Positions 26,207 through 40,002 of a DNA stretch of 64,000 bases are shown in pieces. The stretch is from Marsupella aquatica. Lineage: Eukaryota; Plantae; Marchantiophyta. The stretch is taken from NCBI GenBank assembly GCA_973895155.1, contig OZ316893.1, positions 18,321,836 through 18,385,835 on the forward strand, read 5' to 3'. Below the pieces are notes generated by a model, which saw only the letters and a program-made list of their open reading frames with translations, had not been told where the DNA came from and did not search any database. The translations under genes were made by a program, and so were the position numbers. Each line of letters begins with the position of its first letter. Within the stretch, counting starts at the first letter, position 1.

Positions 26207-27210
26207 AAAAATCAGCTTTTCAAGATCCATTGTCTTAACCTTAGGTATCTTCTCTCACAACAACACCTTCTCTTCGACAGGAACATCCCCTACAAGGACC
26301 TTGTCAACTACTAAGGGTTTGGTTAGAGCGATACTTACCTTAATGCCCTTCTGCCCTCCATCCCCACTCGGCTTACCACCCTTTGAGGGGCAGTCCTTAC
26401 TTTGATGGCCCATGGCGCCACATGTGTAGCACAAACCTTCAGCCACCTCTGCTCCATGAGCACTTGCTTCTTTGCTTTTTGCGCCAATGAGGTTCCTTTC
26501 TTGAAGTTGTTGGCCTTCAAGTTGCGCTTTGCTTCTCTATTTTGGGGCTGAGGATCCAAACTACCGGCCCCCGCCCCCTCAGGCTACTTGCGCTTATTCA
26601 CGGGACCTTTTGCTTTCCCATCTTCCCCTTTGGATCCCTTGCCACCCACCTTCGCCAAGTCCAGCCGGTTATTCACCAACGTAGTGGCTTTGCTGAAGGC
26701 GTCAAAAAGCGTTTTAAACTCATGACGCTTTTCCTGCATCTTAGCAACAGCAGGAGCTTCACTATAAAGTTGTGAAGCTGCATATGTAGGGTCTCTTGTC
26801 CTGCCGGGATACATGCCAACTGGTTTTGGTAATAAGTGATGAACTTTTGGATATCACCCCTGAAGCTCATCTCTGTTACATAGTTCTGAGCGTGCCACTC
26901 CGGGTACTTAGTGGTGACATGAGCACAGAGGCCCTCAACCAGGTTTTCCCAAGTTAACAGCAAGGAGGAGTCCTCTCACAATTTCTTCCAAGACTTGTAC
27001 CAAGTCAAGGCATAGTCTTTCAGGTAAGGAGCAGCTGCAGTAGCCCAAGTGGATCACTCAACACACGCTTGGAGATGAATCTCCATCGTGGAGAGCCAAC
27101 TTAGGAACTTTTGTCCACTTTGTAGGCCCCGTCGTAAGTTGGAGGAGTCGGTAGCTGGTTCACTTGGAACATACTCCGTCCAACTACCATTCCCCCCTTG
27201 GGACGCATCG
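26207..27210 (-). pseudogene. Ty3/Gypsy gag remnant with CCHC zinc knuckle
   Basis: LPTPPTYDG, LTWENLVEGL, CYTCGAMGHQSKDC; frameshifted. Confidence 0.8.
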
Positions 27211-27792
27211 CACTCTGACTACCCAGACTAAGTAAGTACTTAATTTGGGCCCCCTTGTTGTGTTCCAATTGCTCATAAATGAGTGTTGGTTTGAGTCAAC
27301 GGACCCAAACCGTCGTCAGCAGCTGGGCCCTTGCGGGTTGTATGAGGACGGTCCTCCAACCATCTTTCCTTTGTGGGCCGCCTGTCTCTAGGTTCTTTTG
27401 TGGACTTTGGTGACACCCCCCACAACTTATAGGCACCATGACCTCCCAGAGAGGATCTTTTTGGAGTACCACTGTGCTCCACAGAGGTCATGGTGGAAAA
27501 TTCCATCTTTTATGGGGATACAGTGAGTATAGATCAAGCATGGGAGAGTGAAGAGAAACAAGAAAGATTGTTCTCATTACACACTAGAGGCAAGAACACC
27601 GGCACGCAGGAGAATTTCAGGTGAGAAATCTTACTGACTTATTCTAAGAAGTGGCACAAAGGTAGATCTGGGATATTGGGGCAACGAGTATCATTTGCTA
27701 TCAATGGATTACTATGGCCCAAGGGTGGGCTCACAGCGCTATGGGAACAATCAGGGGTGCATATCTGGTGCTCGGGGGGCATTGTACACATA

Positions 27793-29242
27793 GGCCATCC
27801 AACTTCTTATATTTGCAGATGATGTGGTGCTTCTAGCTCACTCCCAATCTGATTTGCAACAACATCTTCTAGCCCTAGAACATTTTTGCAAACAATCAGA
27901 CATGCAGGTCAACATGAGGAAGACCAAGTGCCTTGTACTTGGTACAAAGCAAGAGCTTTCTCTCTATTTTGCAGGTGAAAAGGTGGAGATGGTGACCTCT
28001 TACAAGTATCTTGGGGTGGAGTTTTCTCGAAGCATGAGTTGGGCTACATGTGTGACGCACAGGGTGGCTCATGGTTACAAGACCTTCTACAGCATGGTTC
28101 AAAAGTGCAAGGGAGCAAGCCTTTCCGCTTGGAAGTTGAAGAAACAACTCTTCAATTCCTTGGTAAGGCCTGTTATTCTTTATGGGATGCAAGTATGGGG
28201 CCCTTCTACTTCTCAATCTTGTTGGAAAAAGGTAGAGGCCATCCAAAAGTTTTTCTTGGAGATGGAGCTTGGAGTGAAAACCCAAACCCCATACCCCTTG
28301 TTATTGGCTGAGGTAGGTCTTCTACCATTGGAGGTTGAAGCTCTCTATCACACTCTTCAATATGCTAGGAGAGTGGAGGCGTTGAATGATTCTAGGCTAC
28401 CTACGCAAGCCTTTCACATATCTAGAGCTTTTGGTTGGTATGCTGATGTATGTAGCTGGGCCCAATCATGGGACTTATCTGAGCATGAATGGCATACTGT
28501 TTCTTTGAGGACATAGTTGTCCTCTTCTGAGCAATCTCTTTTGGTTGCTCTTTTCTTTGATTGCATTGTACTTTACTTTTTGTGGCAGCTCCTTTGACTT
28601 TCATGGTCCCGGAGCTTATAATACATTACCATTACCATTACCATACTCAACCAAAGAAGCTTTGGTCACTCTTGCGTGATAAAGCTATTAGAAAACTTTG
28701 GAGTGATCCTAGCCCTAGATTACAGTATTTTATGAGGAATGTAAACCCCATGATGTTGTATGAAGAACAAGAGTATCTTAGAGCTCCCATTTCTATGAGG
28801 TTGAGACAAGTGATTGCTAGATATAGACTCAGCTCACATCACTTGGAGGTAGAGGAGGGTAGATGGAAGGGAATTAGGAGGCAGGATAGGGTGTGTAGAC
28901 TCTGTGATAGTGGCAGCATTGAGAATGAATATCATGTATTCATAGCATGTAGACGGTATGAGGAGATTCGAATAGCACATCAAATCCTTGTTTCTGATCT
29001 GCATGATCTATTTAGGTTGCCACCAAAGCAACTTGGATTGTATATCATGGCAGTGGATAGGAAACGATGTGATAGCATTACACATTAGTGACTCTTAAGG
29101 TCCTTAGTTTGTTATTAGTGAGGATGTAGAGATCCTCACATGAGCATTTGACTCATTTCTTTGCTTTGTATTTGGCTTTTTTGCCACAGCTCCCTTGACT
29201 CATTGGGTCGTCGTGGAGCTTAGAATTTGACTTTGACTTTGA
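27793..29242 (+). mobile_element. LINE family B, 5'-truncated, (TTTGAC)n tail
   Basis: RT from QLLIFADD to CRLCDSGSIENEYHVFIAC; candidate TSD ATAGGC at 27790 and 29242. Confidence 0.92.
28499..28641 (+). mobile_element. 143-bp LINE family A 3' fragment nested in the family B copy
   Basis: TSD CATACT (28493-28498 and 28642-28647); the uninterrupted site is seen in the other B copy. Confidence 0.95.
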
Positions 29243-32200
29243 TAGGCGGCACCCTCTTATGCAGTGGATAGATGGATGGGGAGTGGGGTCAACGGCAGAG
29301 GAGGATTTCATGCTAGGGGAGCGACTAATGGCACTGCATATGACAATAGACAACAATACTCTCCTCAAGATGCGAGGATGGGGTGGGCCGAGCAGCAGGC
29401 TGGGGATGCTGCGGAGTTAAGGATCAAGATGGAAGGATCGAGACCGGTATCGTTTCACCTCGCTCAACAACAATGGGAAGAAGAGAGAAATGGGAGACAT
29501 CAAAGGGACTCTCGGGCTGAGGGCGGCCCATTGGATAACTGGCATAGGATGGCACCTGGAAACGAGAGTTTGTCGGAGGGACACAACCAGAATAGTACTC
29601 AAATATGCTCAAAATGGCAATTTGAGAACCAATGATGATTTATAAGCTTATGTTTGGCCTGTCCCTATAGGAATTGCCCTCCCTCTATTCATGAAAGTCT
29701 GTCAGATTCAGTGCTTTACTCTACAATTATGACTCAAAACCAAATCTGATTCATTTGATGAAGCAATCACCAGATTGCTACATTGACAGATTTAACCCCA
29801 TCGAGAGAGTTCTTCTTGAGTAATACGAATGTAGCATGTAGAGTGAGTAGTACATATGAAAACCAGCACCAACCATGCCATGATGTGATGGAAACATCTA
29901 AAGAGTCATAGCCAGTACTCAAATGTATGGAGTTGCCATGGAGTGTGCCGCCATGCCAAGTGCTTGCAAAGCTAAGCTAAGACTCAAGTAGAACTGAAGT
30001 AAATGTGCAATGAGCAATCAAAGTATCTTGGCCCTGGACTGCTCCTAACAAAGACTATTTGCTTCAAGAACAACCAGGGTTTGCTACAAGAACATTGCCC
30101 AAAGTGTTACTAAGAGGATCGAAGAATGCTTGTTGAAGAGCATCATGCATATCTATTGTAGCTTGCATATATGGTCTCTAGATGATCGATAAACCCAAAC
30201 TACCATAATATCCTAGCAAGCGTGTAGAGGGCATGGTGGTGGGTGATGATAAACATGCACTCTTGCACGGCACAAGATCGAGTTTCTGTGCGCAACAACA
30301 ATTATGGAAACTTGTCCACAATTGTTCAGTGAAGGGTACACAACATCATCAGTTATATATCAGTGGTTGATATCACTGATTAGTTTTCATGCTATTTTTT
30401 TAATCGCAGTTGAGTAGCTAAGATGGGGCCTTTGCACCTCTGCTCATCTCAGCTAGGCAGCTGAGATTGATTCAATCTCGGTTGAACTCGTCAAGATAGG
30501 CGCACAGACCAAAAAAATCGGGCGGAAAAAAAGTAAAATTTTGAAAAAAATAAATTTGTGGAACTTTTTGGTGTCCATACCCTACAGACCTTGCCAAGAT
30601 GGGGTGTACGTACACCCCATATTGAAATAAAATAAAATTCTCTCTTAAATGTTGAGAAAATATTTTTTGCGCTGCACTCAGCGGCCTCTTTGAGATGAGG
30701 TGACAGCTGATATCAGATTGACTGATGAGATTACTTATCTCATTCATTGACAATAAAAATTGTTAAGGTTGGGGCTCGGGTTGGGGACAAGGATAAGAAG
30801 GAGGTGCAGGCCAATGACTACTTAGTTTTTGGATTTTGTAGTTTATTTAGAGGTTAGTAGGAAAACTATATCCGCTGGAATAATTCAATTTAGAGGTCAC
30901 CACTAGACTGTCTGTTAGTACTGGTTAGATCATGTCGTACACTACTTCTCAAATTTATTATCTGATTAGATAGTAAGATTTCAGATGTTCATCAGTAGCA
31001 TTAGCACACAAAAACAGATAATATTTAGAGGGTGGCGATCAATGCACCTTTATTCCAGATCTGGCTAGATCAGCACCTGAAACAACAAGAATAGTTTTTC
31101 AACTTTGTCAACCATTGAATGTTTTTACTACTCGATTAACCATGGAAAAAACAGAATTTTTTGAGGACTCAAATTATTGCAGATTTGTGTTTTGCGTCAA
31201 TACTAAAGGGTCACTAAAATTATCCAAGCCTATTGTCTACAATGAAGCTTCTAAGATTCTATCGTGAATCTTACTTATAAAGTGCGGACCCCAAGCTAGA
31301 GTTAAGGTCTAGGCTTTTGGAGTGAAGCTTCTAGACCATAAGTCTATAGCCCACCATGTGGATGGAAAGATTCATGGGTATGTGTATGTCAAATGATGAT
31401 CATACATGCTCTTTGTCATAGTTTCTATTTATCATGCATGTTCTTGGTCATAATTTCTATTACATTCAAGATCACTACTAAGATTGAAAGTTACCCTAGG
31501 GCAAGTGGGGGCAGGAAACACGGACTTGGGCAAGTCATCGATGAATATAAATTGTAGAGAATGTTTATTGTGCAAAAGTCTTTTTTGTCTCGCCTCTATC
31601 AGTTAAGTTCAAAGAACTAGTAGGCGCATAAGAGAGGGAGCCAAGCTCTCGACTGTGTGCTTTGGGGGCAAAGGAGATTGAATTGAAAAGATGGTGAACT
31701 CTCTTCTCTGTTCATGTGTTGCTCTGGCGGCGATTCCCAAGTAAGTATGGCTTGGTCCCAACAATTCTATGTGCGTAGCAGTAGTGCGACAGTGTCATTT
31801 GAATGCTACCGTATCCCGTTTGAGCCGTCTTTTCCTCATGGGCAGGCGTGAAATTGGGCAGGCAATTGGGCAGATTATTACTCTTTGGGTCGCCCCACCT
31901 TTGGTGAGGAGCTCCCTCGATATTGTCCTCGTATTCCAGGTCCTGTGTAATCGAAGTATCGTATCTCTCTGTGTTTCTTGGGTTGGGTGAACAGGTTGCG
32001 AGTTGGGACAGTGAGACACAAGTGAGGGAGGTGTTTCAAGAGAAAGGGCAGTAAGGAGAGCGACAATCGAGAGGAGAAGCAAGTGCTTCGGGATTGAAGA
32101 ATCCGTAAACGTACGTAGACCGTCAAGAAGAGGCTTGGTGATCATTATGAAAGCGTAGAGCTCTGAGGGGCAGTGAAGCAAGACTCACAAGTGGAAATCA

Positions 32201-32590
32201 TTTAAAACGCAGGTCATCGCGTAGAGCAGAGTAAGCTGATTCGAGAGATGTAATCGGAGCGGGAATCGGAGCGTTCAGTGAGATTTGAATTTGACGCACT
32301 AAAATGTCTGCAATCATGGCTCCTGCATTGCACTTGAATGGCACTGCGGCAATCGAGACTCGCGGTTTACGTGGTCTAACAGGAAACTAATAAAATCAAG
32401 AATCTTGTCCGTTGCAGCTCTCACTTCACTGGGGAAGTTGTCCAACTTCTTGTCACAAATGCTGTCCTAGAGTTCAATGCGAACATATTTAGTTCGCCAA
32501 CGAGCAACGCGAAGGTTTTGAATTTTAACTCATTTGGCTGAAGGGTCTCCGGATTTGCGTTGTCCAGGTCCCAGCCTGTTATCTTTGACA

Positions 32591-33513
32591 ATGAAGGCAT
32601 CTTTGAGCATTGCCTGTGCACAATGTAGAGTTGTTTTAGTTCCTGTGGTTAGCTCAAGGATTCGCTTTTGGAGAACAGAGAAAGCAGTAATGATTATTCA
32701 GGGATACTATACTCCAAGGTGTACACCACACCGAAGATGTCATCCCCTTGGATATGCTGCACCTAGCTTCGATGAGGCAGATGAATTGGATTCTTACAGA
32801 GATGAAAAGGGGTTCTGTAAACTTTTCGGAAGTCATTGTGTTCGAGTAATGCCCCAAAATTCCAAGGAGGCACAAAATCCGAATGAAGAAGATTCCCTTA
32901 AAGATGAAATCAGAGATGAGCATGCCCGGCATCCATGTGTTTTAGAGAGCTCTGACAATGAAATATCAACTTTAGTGACCGATGGACTCACCTTGGAGCG
33001 TGCAGATTCACTACTTGTCAGTAGACTGCCAACCTCAAATGATGAACGGTTGGAGGAGCTCGCAAAAGCACTCGAGACTCTTAACCGGAGTTTCCTCTCC
33101 GTAATAGAGCAGCTGGAGAATTTGGTACGTCAGAAAGAGACTCTTAACAAGGGCATGGATCAGTCAGCAACGAGAAGGGATGCCTTTAAAGCTCTTGAGA
33201 AAATTGTCCCGTCGGTAAGAGGGGACGAAGTGATAGCTGAGAAGGACTCACAATCTCCTAGAAGTCGAATGGAAATGAAAGAAAAGGTGCCAAAGAGAGA
33301 GGGACAGAGAATCTCGACTGGTATAATTGGTATTAAGAGCGACAATGGGAAACTAAATCAAAACAGAGCGGCCATACGAAGACTCAGGGAGTATGATGAG
33401 AGATTCATGAGAGCAGCGTTGGAGGAGGCAAGGAAGGCTGCAATGGCAGGGGAGGTCCCAGTGGGAGCTGTCATCGTCGAGAACGGCAAAATTGTAGCTC
33501 GAGCATATAATAG
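32591..33513 (+). CDS. TADA: tRNA adenosine(34) deaminase TadA-like, exon 1 (long N-terminal extension + DERFMRAALEEA..EVPVGAVIV)
   Basis: ATG at 32591 in the 333-aa ORF; donor AG|GTAC after 33513; start codon is inferred. Confidence 0.85.
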
Positions 33514-33757
33514 GTACTTTATTTGGAGAGCTTAGGCCATGGCGACTTTGCAATTTGTCAAAGTAGCTTATTGCATTTTCTGAATGCCCTTGCTTGTGTA
33601 CCCCGCGAGTTTGGACTGTAAGTAGAATCCAAAGGCTGCATGTAATCCTTAAGAGAGATTGATGTAGTATGCCTAAATTGCATCAAACACTTTTTGGGCA
33701 ATCAAGGAGGAATCCGAGTAACGTCATTAGAGTTAATTTTGGTTATTGTGCTTTCAG

Positions 33758-33845
33758 GGTGGAGTCCGATGGAGACCCTACAGCACATGCAGAAATGTTG
33801 TGTTTACGCAGTGCTGCCAGACATCGTGGAGACTGGCGTCTCGTG
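33758..33845 (+). CDS. TADA: TADA-like exon 2 (DPTAHAEM catalytic motif)
   Basis: Acceptor tttcag, donor GTG|gtag; phase consistent with exon 1. Confidence 0.9.
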
Positions 33846-34239
33846 GTAGTCTTGCGAAACTTTTTAATTTGCTGCTTACGTGTTCCTCTCTACCTCCTCG
33901 TTTCTAGATGGCCTTCTTCTCAATGGTTCTACCTATGCAGATTAGGCCATAGTAATGACGGATTATGCTTTGCTTAGGTTCAACCTAAGGTTGTAGTCCT
34001 TTCGGGAACTTTGTTTTTGAAATTCTGAATGTCCTCTTTATTTAGTAGCAATCTGCACGCATAAACCATCCTTGATTAAGATCAAGTGTTTAAGAACAGA
34101 AGTTGGTTGGACAGAGAAGAATTAGACAGATGATGATTTGAACCGGCTCTGCGGGTGGATTATCAAGTCAGTCAGAACTAGCAAAGCAGACTACTGAAAG
34201 TGAAACGAAGCGACGCGATTTCTACAAAATTTGAACTAA

Positions 34240-34536
<297 letters not shown>

Positions 34537-34959
34537 TAATTTTGTGCATTCCTTCCAGAGAGTAAACATTTTGTTTGTTTGTTCAAACTAGAGATTTTGA
34601 CCGGTTGGAAGGAGCTTTCTGACCAAGTTTTGGAGAAAATCCAGCCCACTCCTTTGTTTAACATGCTGACAGAATGGAGAGGATGTGTGTGACAGAGACA
34701 TCCCTTTTGCCCGTTATTATAGATGAGCATTTGGTCTTTTGCTAGAGATGGTCGAAATCTAGCATTAATAGTTTTACATTCGGCATCTTCGATTCAACCA
34801 AAATACCCGACTTTACGCACGTACTGAGAGTGCTCAGTAATTAATCATTCAACCTGTTCGTTTTGAGTAAGTCTGTTGTTATTACTGCTATCTTGCCATA
34901 TTGCCTTCGAGTTGAAAGTTCATGTTACTTCTGACTCGAGTATCTGTCTCTGGATGCAG

Positions 34960-35227
34960 TCTTTTTCCGGAATCCGAGGAAGAAATTTATTTAGAGTCTA
35001 CGAAGTCTGAGCATAAACCATGCAGTCGCCCACTTACACATCCATTCAATATTAGTGTAGGAGTGCGGCGGAAAGTCCTGGCAGATGATTGCGCAACGGT
35101 TTTGCGGAACTTCTTTAAGACTAGAAGAAAGGAGAACGGGCGTTTTATGAAAACAATGCCTTGGTGGCTTCCATTATCAGCTTGGATGCTTTACAAAAGG
35201 CTCCTGCATTGGTTGACCATCTCTTAG
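34960..35227 (+). CDS. TADA: TADA-like exon 4 (LFP..HPF..VRRKVLADDCATVLRNFFKTRR), stop TAG
   Basis: Acceptor tgcag; the four exons total 1407 nt = 468 aa + stop, with no internal stops. Confidence 0.88.
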
Positions 35228-36249
35228 CCAAGATTAGTTGCACATTGCCAGTTGTCCCAATATTCGTTGGTTTCTTCCCTTCATCTTATGTTGTTGCAAC
35301 TCAGTTGTAGAAAGAAATGGGGCTTGACTGAGCTGGTTAACGGTTGACATGGTGATTAGTCTCCAACGTAGCAAGTGAAAGGGAAGTTCCTGTGAACCGA
35401 GGTGATTTTAGCAAGGAGCGAATCTCTACTTGACAGAATTCGCACACAGAACTGACTGGATAAGAGCAAACACTCGCAGGTTCTCAACCATAGACATATG
35501 CTGACAATTGCCCTTGGGTTCTCGTTATTATATAGCCGGCAACAGTGCAAGTCAAGCTAGTGATTTGGTCACTCTTTAGCTTGCTTTGAAAGAGCAATAC
35601 CCCTGTCCTATCTTCGCACAGAGGAGATCGTTGTTGGACGGTTGGAGTTATGGTGGAAAACAGATCGTGTGTTGTCAGTACTCAGTCTGTACTCTAGACA
35701 GGTGCTCGAAAAGATTCAACCTCCTGCCTAGAGTTGCAACTGTAGTCTTTGCTGGCATATCTAGATGCTGCCGGTTTTCATAGGTATGCGCACGTTCTGG
35801 CAGTCGGCAAAGCTTGGTTCATTAGAAAAATGTGTTGTTTAAGTTGTAAATGGAAAGTTCTTTGCATTTCTTCAGCATTTCTCAGTTGAAGGGCATCCGT
35901 AGGGAAAGCAGATTAATTAGTCTCTGTTGCAGGGCACGAGGGAAAGCATCATTTTCCAGCATGCATTGTGTTTATTTGTGACCACCGGGTGCTAAATCTA
36001 CACCTAATTTTGATCTCCTTGCAGCTAGAACTCAAACCAAGACAAGGTATGCGCGATTTGTCAACCAAGCGGCACAAGCAAATGTGTCATGGTTTGAGTT
36101 CTGGCAGTAAGGTAGGTGTATAAGAAAGGTAACATGAGAATTGCTTTCTTTGCTTGCCTGACAACTGTGACCCATCCTTAGACTTATCCTTTGCAGGCAC
36201 CTTCTAGGGCGACTCCAGTCCACTGCAGCAGCCATTCATCCTCTGAGCT

Positions 36250-36756
36250 TTTTCATGGCCGTGCATCCCCCAACCTTGACCTCGGCTGGGGCTAATTAGA
36301 TTCCAAGATAGACTCAAATGTGAAGGGCTGCCTTCTCTGTAGTAACAAATGTCATAGAATATTTGTTTAACTCCAAATACCATGGATAGTGGAGAACTTC
36401 CCACAATCAACTTCCTTGGGGCCACAAATCCCTCACATGGATACATTGAACAATGTCCATATTCTCAGCAGTAGGATACTCCTTCACCCCTGCAATCCAA
36501 GGTGAAAAGCAAGCTGGATAGGACCACCAATAGGTTTTGTCCCCCACTTCTCTATCTACAAAAAAATGAGACATATCTTGTTGCTCTTCTCCAAAATAAT
36601 GAAATGTAGATCTTCTTGGAATTGTCTTCAATCAAGTTTGAAACATCCTTAAAGTCCTCCTCAATGTCCACTACAAGTGAGGTTTTTGTCTTTTCAAAAG
36701 ATGTCTGGATACTCAAATCTTGGACTTTAGGGACCAAGTCAGCCACAATTTCAGAC
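36250..36756 (-). pseudogene. Diverged fragment homologous to the middle of the ParB-methyltransferase-like gene at 55.8-59.7 kb
   Basis: ATRYVSFF..DKTYWWSYPACFSPW..MYPCEG..GSSPLSMV versus AKRYLYQFY..PDYFWAYPAAFQKW..MYPAEG..GENPLSMV; frame continues beyond the LINE at 37508. Confidence 0.6.
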
Positions 36757-37507
36757 ATAAGAGAGTTGGAGGAAAACAGATTTCCTTTTCATGCCTTGCG
36801 CTCATCTTCAGCTAAAGGGTGGTATGCAGATGTGTGCAGGTGGGCCCATGCTTGGGATTTTCCTGAACATGAATGGCCAACACACCCAACCAAGCTAAGA
36901 GCAAAACTTGAGCAAAAGGCTTTGCACAAACTTTGGCATGAACCTAGCCCACGGCAGCAATACTACATGAGAGATGTGAACCCCATGAAGAAATATCGAG
37001 AACAAGAATACTTATCTAGCACTATCTCAGTACAACTTAGACAACTTATTGCTCAGTATAGACTAAGCTCACACCACCTTGAAGTAGAACAAGGGAGATG
37101 GAAGGATATTGACAAGAAAAAGAGGGTTTGTCAACTATGTGATAGCTCTAGTATAGAGAATGAATATCATGTATTCATTGCTTGCAAGTTTTATGAGGGG
37201 GTTAGGATGGCATCTCAAATCTTGGTGAAAGATTTGTATGCATTGTTTGGTCTGCCCCCTCAGCAACTTGGAAGATATATCTTTGCGGTGGATAGGGAAA
37301 GGAGAATAGGTTTGGAAAATCTTTCAGGGCTCTCTAGGTCCATAGGGCTCTCTAGGTCCATAGTTTCTTTGAGGACATAGTTGTCCTCTTCTGAGCAATC
37401 TCTTTTGGTTGCTCTTTTCTTTGATTGCATTGTACTTTACTTTTTGTGGCAGCTCCTTTGACTTTCATGGTCCCGGAGCTTATAATACATTACCATTACC
37501 ATTACCA
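36757..37507 (+). mobile_element. LINE family A 3' fragment (750 bp) with tail
   Basis: Near-identical to family A; CAGA at both junctions; carries the 18-bp GLSRSI duplication. Confidence 0.95.
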
Positions 37508-38549
37508 GATTTTGGTATGAAAGTTACAGGAAATAACCTAGTATGTACAATAGTTAGATCTTACAATAAAAAGTTACTAGTGCATCCCTTTAACCAAATT
37601 TTGGTGTGTCCTGTTCTGTTAGTAAAATCATCATAGTAAATCACCATCCAAGATTAGTATTAGTAATTGTGCATGTAATTTATCACAGTCTATGGAGCTA
37701 GCTTTTCCATAGGAAGAGCCTATGTTGACAGCAGTGCATCATATTCATTTGTCACATGGATCAAAGTAGACCTTCACAAAAAGTTGAAATCAATCAATTG
37801 GCTAGAATCATTCTGCATATTTCTGCTACCACTAGCCCGGGCGATAACAGGGAGACATACATCAACTTTAAGGTAGCAGTACAGCATCAAGAGAGATTAG
37901 TGTATGGAATATCAACAAAAAAAGGATCACTGGATATTTGGTCATACTTGTTGTACACGAGTCATGTGCTGTCGTGTGAATCACTAGTGTTATCTTGGGC
38001 ACTGTGTGCAGTCAGAGAAACTACAGCCACTAGTAATTATGCAAGAGAAGACAGAAAAATCTGTGAACAATATTCTATAGAATCTCTGGCTATGGGGCAT
38101 GCTTACAAGGGTGGCAGCACTGAACTTTAGTAAGTACTACTCTAGAGAACACATACCAAATTGGCAGGACTAAGAAGAGGGAGACAAAATGTTTCAATCA
38201 TGCCGTCAATCCCTTGCGTCAGAAGATGAGTGTGAGTGTGAGGGGTGGGGAATATAAGTAGGGAAGTCCTTTGAGTGTGGTGTGTTGCTGGTAAATAGGT
38301 ATCGACTACTATGTCTGTTTTACCACCGTCAGATTTAGGGCTCTATGTGCTGAACGGTAGATGTGACTTTAATTTGTTTAGTTAGAATCATACAGTTATC
38401 CTTGTTCCTTATGTTTTATGTACCATATTTTTACAAAGCAAGAAAAACCCTTTAATATGTACTTGTAGAGTATACGTGTACTTATTTTAACTGATTTTTT
38501 AAAGTTTATAACATGTCCTTGATTGAAAAAAGTTTTCTTCACGGCCATC

Positions 38550-38551
<2 letters not shown>

Positions 38552-38591
<40 letters not shown>
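38552..38591 (+). repeat. (GA)20 microsatellite
   Basis: Perfect dinucleotide run. Confidence 0.95.
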
Positions 38592-38593
<2 letters not shown>

Positions 38594-38691
38594 TGTGAAG
38601 AGAATTTTTCATGTGGAAGGAATGAAATGTAAGGGGTTAGGGCAAAAGAGTCTTAGCCGCTGACAGAGAATTTTCCTTACAACATTTTATA

Positions 38692-40002
38692 TTTTTTTAT
38701 AAATTTGGCCATGAAAACCTGGTGGAGGAATCAGAAAGAGCCAAAGAATCAAATATCCGAGCAGTCAACAGCAAGAAGGTCAATAATCAGCCCTATCTCG
38801 AATGACACAAAGCTAGGAGGCAGGTCAAAGGCGCCACATATTCTAGCAGCCCCCCACACTGCTAGGCAGCAACTTCTGGATACCTATAAGCTTTGCAGAA
38901 TTGTCTCCTCACCAGATTTTCCTATCCCGATGTGATCCATACATCTCTACGATTCAGCCATTCTATTCTTTCCCTGTAAATCATTTCCCTAGCCCTCAGT
39001 TTTTGTGTTTTCCGGTTACAAGCAGACAATGTAAGCACAGTAGAGACATGATCTGCCGCCTCCAAAAGGATGAATCAGAAGTCCAACTTTCTGATCCCTT
39101 CAACCTGGAACATGTGCTCATTGCGCCCAAGCCACCATGCCCATAGCATCTGAAAGAGCACAACCATCATTACAATCTTGCAGTGGTGCCTTCTTGTCGC
39201 CCAACCCAATCGGTCCCGCTGAGTTACCTGCAAAGATACCACCAAAGCCTTGTGCATCTCGCCCAACATTTCTGTGCGTGAGTGCAGTCCAAAAATAAAT
39301 GAGGGATGGACTCCAGAATCCCTAGGCATAGTTTGCATTCTCCAGTGTCTTTGCTCTCATTGACATGCCTAAACCCCATATTCCAGCCCAGCACACGTTC
39401 CATTACATCTCCGTGTCCCCAATTCCTGTTCAGACTGGGCGTGTCCCCAAGCACCGGCCAAAGTAGTTGGTAAGCCCTCTGATTGGGGATCCTAAAGCAC
39501 TTCAATGGGGCAGGGTTGTTTGCTTGGCACCAGCAGCCAGGGCCAGGTTCATACCCCCACTCACGTTGTGGTATAATATACAAGGCCTCCATGAATCTTC
39601 TGCCAAGAATCCGATGCTCAGGTGTGAATCCCCTAAAAATGCTCCCATTGCCATTCCATCCTATATACACCTTATGCCCAATCTCTTGCAAAGCACCGTA
39701 GTTGCAACCATGTCCTCATTGCTCCATGACTAAAAGCCCTTCAGGCACTAGAACACATCCCCCACTGCCTGTAAAATGTGTCTCACTAGCAGAGATCTTC
39801 TTGTGAATGTCAGCATCTTGTTTGCCCATGAGGATAGTTGCTGTCCAATTTTTTTGAGTACATAGTTGTGCAGCTGCTCCGTCTTCAAATCTACCCCCAA
39901 TGGAGCCCCACGGTGTCATCGGGGAAAATATTTGACGGGTGAAGTGGAGTGTGCCGGAACATGACTACCTGCTTTAAGTTCAGTTTGGGAAGCATCTATG
40001 GT
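38692..40002 (-). mobile_element. Degenerate L1-clade LINE 3' part
   Basis: ECKLCLGILESIPHLFLDC and LWAWWLGRNEHMF; short poly-A at 38692-38698. Confidence 0.85.

Noticed and set aside
29620-30170. Possible Copia gag remnant
   Set aside because: Only faint motifs (FDEAITRLL) amid many stops; too weak to call.
36616-37380. 254-aa ORF as a domesticated RT fusion (likewise the ORFs at 15681, 41869 and 49694)
   Set aside because: N-termini are chance read-in from flanking or antisense sequence across truncation junctions.
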